A stretch of DNA of 32,000 nucleotides from an uncultured Chloroflexia bacterium (GCA_963749455.1 CAVVMX010000006.1:125769-157768); one strand, 5' to 3'; shown: positions 8,835-18,083, counted from the stretch's first letter. The notes: generated by a model not told the origin, from the sequence alone. Made by a program: numbers and translations.

Positions 8835-9563
8835 GCGACATCGTCTACCACCTCGAGCAGGTCACCAAATCGTACAATGGCCGCCGTGTGCTGCAGGTCG
8901 ATTCCCTCGACATCCGGCGGGGGGAGATCCTGGCCGTGGTCGGCCCCAGCGGCGCCGGCAAGAGCACCTTGCTGCGCCTCCTCAACTTCCTGGAACCGCC
9001 CACCAGCGGCTCCATCCGCTTCCTGGACTCTGAGTTCAGCCCCAATCGGACGCCGCCTCTCGATCTGCGCCGCCGGGTGACCACCGTCTTCCAGCGGCCC
9101 ATCCTGCTCAACCGGACTGTGTGGGCCAACGTCGCTTATGGGCTGCAAGCTGCGCCGCCAGCGGCAGTTCGACGGCCAGGTACAGGCGGCGCTGGAGCAG
9201 GTCGGCCTGACCTCCATGGCCCGCCAAAGGGCGCGCACCCTGTCGGGGGGCGAGGCCCAACGGGTGGCTCTGGCCCGGGCGATGGTCCTCCAGCCTGATG
9301 TGCTGCTGCTGGACGAGCCGACGGCCAACCTGGACCCCTACAATGTGGGGCTGATCGAAGAGATCGTGCACACGCTGAACGCCGAGCAGGGTACCAGTCT
9401 GGTCCTGGTGACCCACAATGTGTTCCAGGCCAAGCGGCTGGCCCACCGGGTTGCCCTGTTCCTGGAGGGTCAGATCGCCGAGATCGCCGATGCAGAGACG
9501 TTCTTTGGATCGCCGCGCGATCCACGCACCGCCGCCTTTGTGCGGGGTGAAATGGTGTACTAG
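8831..9563 (+). pseudogene. tupC: tungstate ABC transporter ATP-binding protein (TupC-like), one frame change near ~9146
   Basis: ATGA overlap with tupB. GPSGAGKSTLLR, LSGGEAQRVALARAM, LLLDEPTANLD, VLVTHN. Confidence 0.8.
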
Positions 9564-9593
9564 AAGAAGCAAACACAAAAAAGAGGAGGAAAA

Positions 9594-11279
9594 ATGTCCA
9601 AGAAACTGATTTCCGTGTTGCTCATGTCGGCCCTGCTGGTTGGCCTGTTGGCCACGCTCGGTGGCTGCGGAGCCACCCCAGCGCCGACCAAGGTGCCCGA
9701 GCAGCCGACGGTCGCGCCGACGACCGCGCCGACGACCGCCGCCGAGGCGGCAAAGCTGATCCTGGCCACCACCACCAGCACCGCCGACTCGGGCCTGCTC
9801 GATTTCATCCTGCCTGACTTTGAGCAGGCCAACAACGTCAACGTAGAAGTGATCGCCGTCGGCACCGGCCAGGCGATTGAGATCGGCAGCAAGGGCGACG
9901 CCGACGTTCTGCTCGTCCACAGCCGCAAGTCCGAGGACAAGTTCGTCGCCGACGGATATGCCAAAGAGCGCTTTGACGTGATGTACAACGACTTTGTCAT
10001 CGTCGGCCCCACGAGCGATCCGGCCAAGATCGGCGGCATGACCATCTGCAGTCGACGCCCTCAAGGCGATTGCCGGCGCGGAGGCCACCTTTGTCAGCCG
10101 GGGCGACAAGTCGGGCACCAACACCAAGGAGCTGAGCCTGTGGAGCTCGGCGGGCATCACCCCGACGACCGACATGCCCTGGTACCAGTCGATCGGCCAG
10201 GGCATGGGCGACACGCTGCTCTTCTCGCAATGAGCAGCAGGGCTACACCCTCACCGATCGGGGCACCTACCTGTCGATGCGGGACAAGCTGCCCGATCTG
10301 CCGATCCTGGTCGGCGGACAGACGCTGACCGACAACGTAGACAAGAAACTGCTCAATCCCTACGGCGTGATGGCGGTCAACCCCGACAAGCTCCCTGTGA
10401 CCAAGTATGACCTGGCCATAAAGTTCGTGGAGTGGATCCTGTCGCCCGAGGTCCAGGCCAAGATCGGCGGCTATGGCGTGGACAAGTTCGGCCAGCCGCT
10501 GTTCTACCCCGGCGCGCCGCCCAGCACTCCGGCGCCCGCTGCTCGCCGCCCTCAAGATGACCGGCCCTGCCCTGGAAGTGAGCTGGACTGAGGAGCAGCT
10601 CAAGGCCCTGGGCACCATCGACGTCGACTATACCGGCAAGGACGGCACGACGACGACATACACCGGCGTGCTCATCACCAAGCTGCTCGAAGAGGCCAAG
10701 GCCCCGGCCGACGCCGCCGGCCTGGTCCTGGTAGCCAGCGATGCCTACACCGCTGACGTGGCCATGGCCGACGTACAGGGCTGCGCCGATTGCATCGTCG
10801 CCTTTGACCCGAACGGCGGCCTGCGATCCGTCCTGCCCAGCCTGTCGGGCAAGGCCCAGGTCAAGAACCTGGTCGAGATCCAGGTCCAGGGCGGCGCCGC
10901 CGCGGCGGCCGGCGGAATCCCGGACAACGCCGCGCTCAAGATCACCGGCAAGGTGGCCACGCCGATCGGCTGGACCGAGGAAGTGGTGCGGGCGATGAAG
11001 ACCATCGACGCCCAGTCCACCAACAAGGACGGCCAGACCGAGACCTACACCGGCGTCCTGATCACAGACCTGCTGGCCCTGGCCGGCCCGGCGAGCGACG
11101 CGACGACGCTGGTCTTTGTCGCCGATGACGGCTTTACCGCCGAGGTGCCCCTGGCCGACGTGCTGGCCTGCGCGGATTGCATCGTCTCCTTCCGCAGCAA
11201 GGGCGGCTTTAGCACGGTGCTGCCCGGCTTCTCCGGCAACGCCCAGGTCAAGGGCGTAGTCGAGATCCAGGTGAAATAG
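9594..11279 (+). pseudogene. tupA: tungstate-binding lipoprotein TupA fused C-terminally to two molybdopterin-oxidoreductase-like domains; 3 frame changes
   Basis: GAGGAGG RBS. Lipobox LATLGGCG. TupA motifs: LATTTSTADSGLLD, FVSRGDKSGTNTKE, WYQSIGQGMGDTL, YTLTDRGTY, NPYGVMAVNP. No stop separates these from LAALKMTGPALEVSWTEEQL...CADCIVAF...VKNLVEIQVQ and NAALKITGKV...CADCIVSF...VKGVVEIQVK. Frame changes near ~10047, ~10230 and ~10525. Confidence 0.8.
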
Positions 11280-11294
11280 CAGCCGAAAACCTGC

Positions 11295-11330
11295 CCGGCC
11301 CAGCACTCAGCCCATTGGGTGCTGGGCCGG
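11295..11330 (+). terminator. stem-loop after the tupA fusion gene (terminator candidate without a U-tract)
   Basis: 12-bp perfect stem CCGGCCCAGCAC (11295-11306)/GTGCTGGGCCGG (11319-11330) with a 12-nt loop, 16 nt after the stop codon. Confidence 0.45.
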
Positions 11331-11412
11331 CAACTACAAAAGATCCTTCGCCGTCGGCTTGCAGGTTCTGATCAACCCGGCTCCGTAGAACGCAAATCGG
11401 ACTCCCCACCAT

Positions 11413-11441
11413 TTGACAGCTTCACAGTTCTTTGCTAGAAT
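11413..11441 (+). promoter_or_regulatory. near-consensus sigma-70 promoter of the yhfZ-like operon
   Basis: TTGACA (11413-11418), 17-nt spacer, TAGAAT (11436-11441), within an AT-rich intergenic patch. Confidence 0.6.
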
Positions 11442-11460
11442 ATACAATGTACTATATTCT
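11437..11460. promoter_or_regulatory. inverted-repeat operator candidate overlapping the -10 element
   Basis: AGAATATA (11437-11444), N8, TATATTCT (11453-11460). The 8-bp arms are perfect. Confidence 0.4.
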
Positions 11461-11541
11461 GCATTTTGTATGACCGGTCGAGCGAGGGCGATGATTACAG
11501 ATCTGCTCCTGCCTCTTGTGTCGAAACAGGGAGTGGCCGTC

Positions 11542-12429
11542 ATGAAACTGGCCACACTGCTCCTCATTCACCAGCGAGGAGACCGAATCCAGCCTGTCCA
11601 ACAGTACGCTGAGGAGCTGGGAACAGGAGTGGGCACGATCCAGGCAGCCCTGGCCTACCTCCAGGAAATCGGGGCGGTCGACCTCGAGAGCCGGGGGCAC
11701 CTGGGTACATTCATCCGTGAGATCGACTACCCTCTCATCTGGTCCCTCACCGGACAAAACCAGATCGTGGGTGGCATGCCGCTGCCCTATTCCCGCCGAT
11801 ATGAGGGTCTGGCCACCGCACTCCACGAGGCATTTCGCCGGGCCGAAATCACCCTGAACCTCGTCTACACGCGCGGCGCCCTGAACCGCCTGCGTGCCTT
11901 GGAGGGAGGCAAGTTCGACTTTATCGTCCTATCGCGTTTCGCGCTGAGCAACGCTATCGAGCGAGAGTTGGCGGTCGAGGAAGTGCTGGGCCTCGGCGGC
12001 GAGTCTTACGTGGGGCAGCACGTTATTCTACTAAGAGACCGGGACCAGCAGGAGATCGTGGATGGAATGAGGGTTGGCATCGACCCGTCGTCCATCGATC
12101 AGGTCCTCCTGGCCAAGGAAGCCTGCCGTGGCAAGGACGTCGAGTTTGTCGAGGTTGGCTACATGAACCTGATGGCAGCTCTGGGCAAGGGACAGATCGA
12201 CGCCACCGTCTGGAATCAGGATGACTTTAGCACCTCGGCTCACCCATTCAAGGCGGTGCCCCTTGCGTTGCGCGACCTTGACCAGGCGCACGACAACACA
12301 GAGGCGGTCATTGCCGTGCAGAAGGGCAACCGGCTGGCCCTTCAAACCCTGAGGGTGATCATCGAACCGGAGACGATCCGCGACATCCAGCGGCAGGTGA
12401 TGGAAAACCGGCTCGTGCCGGCCTATTGA
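11542..12429 (+). CDS. yhfZ: YhfZ-family transcriptional regulator (N-terminal HTH plus periplasmic-binding-protein-like C-terminal domain)
   Basis: ATG 11542 with GGGAG about 8 nt upstream gives 295 aa. QQYAEELGTGVGTIQAALAYLQEIGAVDLESRGHLGTFI is HTH-like. The rest resembles my recollection of YhfZ, and the gene neighbourhood is yhf-type. The 11413 start in the ORF track lies inside the promoter, and the in-frame ATGs at 11470 and 11491 lack good SDs. Confidence 0.7.
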   Translation: MKLATLLLIHQRGDRIQPVQQYAEELGTGVGTIQAALAYLQEIGAVDLESRGHLGTFIREIDYPLIWSLTGQNQIVGGMPLPYSRRYEGLATALHEAFRRAEITLNLVYTRGALNRLRALEGGKFDFIVLSRFALSNAIERELAVEEVLGLGGESYVGQHVILLRDRDQQEIVDGMRVGIDPSSIDQVLLAKEACRGKDVEFVEVGYMNLMAALGKGQIDATVWNQDDFSTSAHPFKAVPLALRDLDQAHDNTEAVIAVQKGNRLALQTLRVIIEPETIRDIQRQVMENRLVPAY

Positions 12430-12469
12430 AGGTCCAAGTCCGGACTTGTTGCTTCCGCAGAGGACAGAA

Positions 12470-13681
12470 ATGCGTGCATCGAGCCAGGCACCGAAACCCA
12501 GCAAAATCCTGCTACGCGCCCATGAGCTCGCGCCGGCGCTGGTCGACATCCGCCGCACGCTGCACCGCCACCCTGAGCTCGGCTTCGAAGAGCGCTGCAC
12601 CGCGGCCCTCGTCGCCTCCAAGTTGCACTCGCTGGGCATCCGTGTCGAGACGAACGTCGGTATAACGGGCGTGGTGGGTCACATCGGCACGGGGGGCCCT
12701 ATTGTCGCCCTGCGGGCCGACATGGACGCTCTCCCTATCCAAGAGCTGAACCAAACGCCGTATGCCTCTGAGGTGCCTGGGATCATGCACGCCTGTGGTC
12801 ACGACGCCCACACGGCCTGTTTGCTGGGGGCCGCCACCATCCTCCAGGAGATCAAGCTCGACGGACAGGTGCGCCTGATTTTCCAGCCCTCAGAAGAAGG
12901 CATGGACAAAGAGGGCAAGAGCGGGGCCATGCGCATGGTCGAGGAGGGGGTCGCGGACGGCGTGCAGGCCTTTTTCGCCCTGCACGTGGACAGCGACTAC
13001 CACTCCGGCACGCTGGCGTGCTCACCGGGCTATGTGCTGGCTGCCATGGACACCCTTGTCATACAGGTCATGGGTACGGCGGCACACGGTGCCCAGGCCT
13101 ATCTGGGGGTAGATGCAGTGCTGCTGGCATCCCAGGTAATCGGCGCGCTGCACACAGTGGTCTCGCGGCGCATTTCGCCCCTGGACAGCGGCGTCATATC
13201 GATCGGCCTGATCCACGGCGGGACAAAGGAGAACATTCTGGCCGAACAGGTAGAGCTGCGCGGCACGGTTCGCAGCTTCAAGCCCGAGGTGCGCCAGGCG
13301 CTGCTCCGCGAAATCGACCGCGTGTGTGGGATAACCCGTGCTGTGGGGGGCGACTATCGCCTCTCCATCTGGCACGGGTACCCCGCACTGCACAACGATC
13401 CGAGCCTGACGGCGTTTGCCGTGGAGGCTCTGACCGGCCTGATCGGAAGCGAGGCGCTACTTCCCCTGGAACCCGAGATGGGCTCCGAGGATTTCAGTTT
13501 CTTTGCGCAGCGGGCGCCGGCATGCTACATGTCGCTCGGCGTCCGGTCCCCAGGACAGCCCATGCGCCCGGCGCACCATCCCGGCTTTGACATTGACGAA
13601 TCGGCCCTGCCGCTGGGAGCCGCCAGCCTGGCCCACCTTGCCGTCGGCTACCTGAATGCTCGGCCGCACGAGGGACAGTAG
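12470..13681 (+). CDS. M20D-family amidohydrolase (N-acyl-amino-acid/hippurate hydrolase type)
   Basis: GAGGA lies 5 nt before ATG 12470. HRHPELGFEE, ALRADMDALPIQE, MHACGHDAHTACLLGAA, FQPSEEG, IHGGTKENILAEQVELRGTVR. Confidence 0.9.
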   Translation: MRASSQAPKPSKILLRAHELAPALVDIRRTLHRHPELGFEERCTAALVASKLHSLGIRVETNVGITGVVGHIGTGGPIVALRADMDALPIQELNQTPYASEVPGIMHACGHDAHTACLLGAATILQEIKLDGQVRLIFQPSEEGMDKEGKSGAMRMVEEGVADGVQAFFALHVDSDYHSGTLACSPGYVLAAMDTLVIQVMGTAAHGAQAYLGVDAVLLASQVIGALHTVVSRRISPLDSGVISIGLIHGGTKENILAEQVELRGTVRSFKPEVRQALLREIDRVCGITRAVGGDYRLSIWHGYPALHNDPSLTAFAVEALTGLIGSEALLPLEPEMGSEDFSFFAQRAPACYMSLGVRSPGQPMRPAHHPGFDIDESALPLGAASLAHLAVGYLNARPHEGQ

Positions 13682-13689
13682 AGGAAACC

Positions 13690-14103
13690 ATGGCCTTTGA
13701 GGAACGGTTCCGGCTTCTGATCGCGAGTGGGCAGGCCAGCGAGCGGACCGTCGCAGCTGCCCGCGCTGCCCTTGGGGAGGTGGAGGCGCACTACCAGATC
13801 CTTCTCTGCGAACAAGTGGGTGCCTCGCTGGCCACGCACATCGCGGTCACCATGAAGCGCCTGTTGGACGGGGAAGCGTTGACCCAGGCCCCCGACACCG
13901 TCTGGAGCGAGCTCACGGCCTGGCCCGAGGAGGTGGCGCTGGCTACCTCCGTCGTGCACGGGCTGTGCAGAAGGCTGCGCCACTCCATCGCGCGGGACGA
14001 GGTCGGGTTTATCGCCCTGCATCTGTGCCGGATCCGGGCTGCAACCCTGCTGGCAGCCGAGGAGCCCGGCACAGCGGGGACTGCCGGTGAGGTGAGTGCA
14101 TGA
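13690..14103 (+). CDS. yhfY: stand-alone PRD-domain protein (YhfY-like)
   Basis: 137 aa. ...VGASLATHIAVTMKRLLDGEAL...RDEVGFIALHLCRI is a typical PRD helix pattern with conserved His residues. First gene of the translationally coupled block. Confidence 0.7.
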   Translation: MAFEERFRLLIASGQASERTVAAARAALGEVEAHYQILLCEQVGASLATHIAVTMKRLLDGEALTQAPDTVWSELTAWPEEVALATSVVHGLCRRLRHSIARDEVGFIALHLCRIRAATLLAAEEPGTAGTAGEVSA

Positions 14104-14474
14104 TACGCATCAACGTCGGGGGACTGGCAGCCAAAGAGATCGCTGCCCTGGCTGCTCAGGTCGGAGGAGGCCAGGTCGAGGTGCAGGTAGGGACCGACAT
14201 TGTCGGGGCGCAGCAGGTCGCCATGGGAATGGCCGACTACTATTTCGGCGCCTGCGCCACCGGCCGGGGAGGTGCTCTGGCGATGGCCATGGCCCTCCTG
14301 GGCGTTTCGAAATGCTTCACTGCCAGCACGACCGGCCGGCCGCCCAAGGAGCAAGAGGTCCGGGAAGCCGTCGCTGCCGGCAAGAAGGCGTTCGGTTTCA
14401 CCACCGATCACGTGGATGTGGCTGTGCCTATGATCGTCAAGGCCATCCTGGCCGGGCGCCGCCACGAGGCCTAG
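14100..14474 (+). CDS. yhfU: YhfU-like protein (DUF2620 family)
   Basis: ATGA overlap with the PRD gene. 124 aa: MIRINVGGLAAKEIAAL...MADYYFGACATGRGGALAMAMALLG.... Size, position and sequence fit YhfU. Confidence 0.65.
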   Translation: MIRINVGGLAAKEIAALAAQVGGGQVEVQVGTDIVGAQQVAMGMADYYFGACATGRGGALAMAMALLGVSKCFTASTTGRPPKEQEVREAVAAGKKAFGFTTDHVDVAVPMIVKAILAGRRHEA

Positions 14475-14519
14475 CGCGCTGCGCCGGCGTCTGCGGGCCG
14501 AGTTCGAGGGGACCAAGCA

Positions 14520-15803
14520 ATGTCATCGACAACCATCGTGCTGATGGCTGTTGCGGGTGCCATAGGGGCCGCCCTGGCCAATCGGGGCGTTGCCGTGTTC
14601 CACGACGGACTCCGCGCCCTCGTACCAGAGCTGCTCGAGGGTCGCCTGCAGCGTAAGGAGTTTGGCGCCCTCGCCTCTAGCATGAGCTTTGGGTTGCTCG
14701 TCGGCTATGGCCTGCCGTTCTCGGTCGTGTCGGGGGTGGTCCTCTATCACAGCCTTTGGCTCGGAACAGATATCATCGGCGCACGGTTTCCCGGCCCGAC
14801 TGGATCTGGCCGGCAAGATCACAGCAGGGAGCTTCTAGGTCTGATCGGCGCCGCGCTCGCCGGTTGTCTCTACGGGGCCCTGCTGGCGGCAGGGCTGGCG
14901 GGCGTGCGCTGGCTCTTCTCGCACCTCCCCATCCCGATCCAGGGTTCCCTTCAGGAGATGGGGGCGCCGATCGTCCTGGCCTTTGCCATGTTCCCTGCCG
15001 TTGCTGTGGCCTGCCAGCACGGCGCCAGACACGGGGTGCTTGTGTTCCTTCTTACGCTGTTGGCACGGCATATCGCGAGCAGCCTGGGATTGGCCGGGCC
15101 CGACGCCTGGGCACTGGGCGTGGGCATGGCTACGTTGGTGATCTATGCCCTTCTGGCTCAGAAGCGCAGCCGGCCGGCCCAGGGCATGGTGCCGATTCCG
15201 ACCCAGGGCGCGGCTCGAATCCGCCGCCATCTGCCCTCGATCGTGCTGCTGGGTGCGGTCTATGGCCTAATCTGCAGCCAGGCGGTCATGATGGAGAGCC
15301 CACAGTCACTGCTTGCCCTCGGCCAGGGGGATCGGGCGACCGCGATCGGCGTCACAATCGCGCGTGGGTTGTGCTTTACCCCTCAAAAGACGATGTCGGC
15401 TGCGGCTACTGGCGTGTTCGCCCTCGACGGCTTTGGCTTTGTGGCGGCGGCAGGATTGCTCGCCCCAAATGCGTGGAGCGCGGCTCTGGCCGGAGCGATC
15501 GTCATGGGCCTCGAGGCGCTGAGCTTGGTCGCACTGTCTCGGCTGCTGTGCCGCTGGCCGGTTCTGTCCCAGACGGCCGACGCCATGCGCACCGCCATGA
15601 CTAAACTGCTCGAGATCGCCTCGATGGTGGGCGGTATGCTTGCGGCGAACAGCCTGAAGCCTGGCCTGGGGTTTGCAGCGGTGGCCGGCCTGTATGCGCT
15701 CAACGAGGTGTCCGGCTTGCCCATCACGCGTGCTGCCGCCGGCCCGGTGGCCATCCTCCTGTTTGGCCTGGGGCTTAACCTGTTCGCATGGATCACGGGA
15801 TAG
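14520..15803 (+). CDS. yhfT: YhfT-like polytopic inner-membrane protein (putative transporter)
   Basis: 427 aa with at least 10 hydrophobic segments. The N-terminal ...RGVAVFHDGLRALVPELLEG... resembles the YhfT N-terminus as I recall it. Confidence 0.7.
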   Translation: MSSTTIVLMAVAGAIGAALANRGVAVFHDGLRALVPELLEGRLQRKEFGALASSMSFGLLVGYGLPFSVVSGVVLYHSLWLGTDIIGARFPGPTGSGRQDHSRELLGLIGAALAGCLYGALLAAGLAGVRWLFSHLPIPIQGSLQEMGAPIVLAFAMFPAVAVACQHGARHGVLVFLLTLLARHIASSLGLAGPDAWALGVGMATLVIYALLAQKRSRPAQGMVPIPTQGAARIRRHLPSIVLLGAVYGLICSQAVMMESPQSLLALGQGDRATAIGVTIARGLCFTPQKTMSAAATGVFALDGFGFVAAAGLLAPNAWSAALAGAIVMGLEALSLVALSRLLCRWPVLSQTADAMRTAMTKLLEIASMVGGMLAANSLKPGLGFAAVAGLYALNEVSGLPITRAAAGPVAILLFGLGLNLFAWITG

Positions 15804-15805
15804 CG

Positions 15806-16900
15806 ATGCAGACCTACCCTTTAGAGCAATTGGATCTGGACGGCGCGATGGAGCTGCAATTCCGCTTGGTGGAGGCCATCGCGCGCCACTTTGACGGGCA
15901 TGCGATCCTCGAGGCCGGGGATTACGGACTGTGGGCAGACACGGGGCGGCCCCACCATACCGCGCGGGTCGAGGCTACGCTCGCCGACCTGTTCGGCGCC
16001 GAGGCCGCCTGCCTGGTTCGTGGGGCAGGCACGGGGGCAGTTCGCTCCACCATCATGGCTGCCGTGAAGCCGGGGCAGGAGCTGCTGCTGCATCAGGCGC
16101 CTCTCTACCCCACGACCCACGTGACTCTCGAAGCCATGGGCCTGCGGCCGGTGTTCGTCGATCTGAACGACCCGAGCGCGCTCGGAGAGTTCCCGCCCAC
16201 CGTGTCGTGCGCGCTGCTGCAACACACTCGCCAGCGGATGGACGACCGATACCAGTTGGCCGAAGTGATCCGGGCGCTGAAGGCGAGCCGCCCGAATCTG
16301 ATGGTGATCGTGGACGATAACTATGCGGCCATGCGCGTGCCCAAGATCGGGATCGAATTGGGTGCTGACGTCTCCACCTTCTCGCTGTTCAAGCTACTCG
16401 GCCCCGAAGGGGTGGGGTGCGTGCTGGCGGGTCACGATCTGGCTGCCAAGATCCACAGGCAGAACTACTCGGGAGGCACCCAAGTCCAGGGGGTCGAAGC
16501 TCTGGAAGCGCTGCGGGCCCTGACCTACGCGCCGGTGGCCTGGGCCGTTCAGAGCCAAGTTGTCGAGGAAGTGACGCGCCGCCTGAACTCTGGCGAGGTG
16601 GTGGGCGTGGAGCAGGCCTACGTGGCCAACGCCCAGTCACGGGTCATCCTGGTCAAGCTCGACAAACCGCTTGCCAAAGGGGTGGTGGCCGCCAGTGTTC
16701 AGTTTGGAGCTGCCGACCGTCCGGTCGGGGCGGAATCGCGTTACGAGGTCGCTCCGCTCTTCTACCGCATCTCGGGCACGTTCCGTGCAGAGAATCCCGA
16801 CCTGGCGGAACGGATGATCCGGATCAATCCGATGCGAGCCGGAGCCAATCTCGTCATCAGGATCCTCGACAAAGCCTTGGAGGCGTGTCAGGGAGGATGA
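15806..16900 (+). CDS. yhfS: YhfS-like fold-type-I PLP-dependent enzyme
   Basis: MQTYPLEQLDLDGAMELQFRLVEAIARHFDG...; DDNYAAM and STFSLFKLLGPEG (candidate PLP-Lys). ATG 15788, overlapping yhfT, is an alternative start. Confidence 0.7.
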   Translation: MQTYPLEQLDLDGAMELQFRLVEAIARHFDGHAILEAGDYGLWADTGRPHHTARVEATLADLFGAEAACLVRGAGTGAVRSTIMAAVKPGQELLLHQAPLYPTTHVTLEAMGLRPVFVDLNDPSALGEFPPTVSCALLQHTRQRMDDRYQLAEVIRALKASRPNLMVIVDDNYAAMRVPKIGIELGADVSTFSLFKLLGPEGVGCVLAGHDLAAKIHRQNYSGGTQVQGVEALEALRALTYAPVAWAVQSQVVEEVTRRLNSGEVVGVEQAYVANAQSRVILVKLDKPLAKGVVAASVQFGAADRPVGAESRYEVAPLFYRISGTFRAENPDLAERMIRINPMRAGANLVIRILDKALEACQGG

Positions 16901-16901
16901 G

Positions 16902-18083
16902 ATGTTCCTAGACGTTACACTCCAACGAAATCCCAGGCTGATCGAAACCGCGCTGGCATTTCACCGCGCGGGGATCATCCCTCCCAATTGCTTCGTCATC
17001 GACTCGGACATTGTGGCAGAGAACGCCGCACTGCTCCACCAGGCCGCACATCGGGCCGGGCTGGACCTGTACTTCACTACCAAGCAGATCGGGTTCAACC
17101 CTCTGCTCGCCCGGCGCATCGTCGAGGCGGGCATCTCCAGAGCCATTGCCATCGATGCCCGGGAGGTCTCGGTCCTGGCGCGCAACCAGATCCCCATCGG
17201 TCATGTCGGTCACCTGGTGCAGATTCCCTATCACCTGATCGGCCCGGTGCTGAGACTGGAGCCGGAAGTTGTCACGGTCTTTAGCGTAGACAAGGCGAAG
17301 CAGATCTCCCAGGTGGCCGTGCAGGAGCAGCGTCAGGTCCGGCTCTTGCTCCGCGTCGTTGCTGACGGCGATTTCGTCTATCCCGGCCAGGCAGGCGGGC
17401 TGCAACTGGACACCCTGGTGTCACAGGCCATGCTCATTCAAGAGCTGCCCAACCTCCGGATCGTCGGCGTCACCTCCTACCCTTGTCTTCAGCTCGACGC
17501 AGCAACCCAGACTCTGATACCCACTCAGAACCTGTCCACCATCCTTCAGGCGGCGCGTGCTCTGCAAGAAGAGTTGGGCATTGTCGTCGAGCAGATCAAC
17601 GCGCCGGGAAACACGTGCGTTGGCGTCATGGACCTTTTGGCTCAGGCGGGCGCCACCCACGGTGAGCCCGGCCATGCCCTGACCGGGACTACATACCTGC
17701 ATACGCGCACCGATCAGGCAGAAAGACCGGCCATGGTCTATGTGAGCGAGGTCTCGCACCTCCACGGGAACCAGGCCCATCTCTTCGGCGGCGGAACATA
17801 TCGCCGGGCGGGGGTTCACAACGCCCTGGTCGGATCTGGCGCTGACAGTCTGGCGCGCACCGAGATTCTGCCGCTCGATCCCACCGCCATAGATTATTAC
17901 GTCGCGTTGGCGCTGCCTTCTGATCATACCGTGCAGGTGGGAGACACTGTGATCCTTGCTTCGCGGGCACAGGTCTTTGTCAGCCGCAGCTACGTGGCGG
18001 TCGCCCAGGGGATTCAGGCCGGGCATCCTACCCTGGCAGGTCTGTTTGATTCCTGGGGCGGGGCTGTGGAGAGGGTCGTCTAG
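16902..18083 (+). CDS. yhfX: YhfX-like alanine-racemase-fold (fold-type-III PLP barrel) protein
   Basis: GGGAGGA RBS overlaps the yhfS stop. 393 aa. CFVIDSDIVAENA...LYFTTKQIGFNP (Lys in the position of the racemase PLP-Lys). Confidence 0.7.
   Translation: MFLDVTLQRNPRLIETALAFHRAGIIPPNCFVIDSDIVAENAALLHQAAHRAGLDLYFTTKQIGFNPLLARRIVEAGISRAIAIDAREVSVLARNQIPIGHVGHLVQIPYHLIGPVLRLEPEVVTVFSVDKAKQISQVAVQEQRQVRLLLRVVADGDFVYPGQAGGLQLDTLVSQAMLIQELPNLRIVGVTSYPCLQLDAATQTLIPTQNLSTILQAARALQEELGIVVEQINAPGNTCVGVMDLLAQAGATHGEPGHALTGTTYLHTRTDQAERPAMVYVSEVSHLHGNQAHLFGGGTYRRAGVHNALVGSGADSLARTEILPLDPTAIDYYVALALPSDHTVQVGDTVILASRAQVFVSRSYVAVAQGIQAGHPTLAGLFDSWGGAVERVV

Noticed and set aside
9108-11306. Minus-strand ORFs 9108-10214 and 10377-11306
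   Set aside because: They are antisense to the tupC and tupA fusion genes and have a low-complexity composition. Shadow ORFs.
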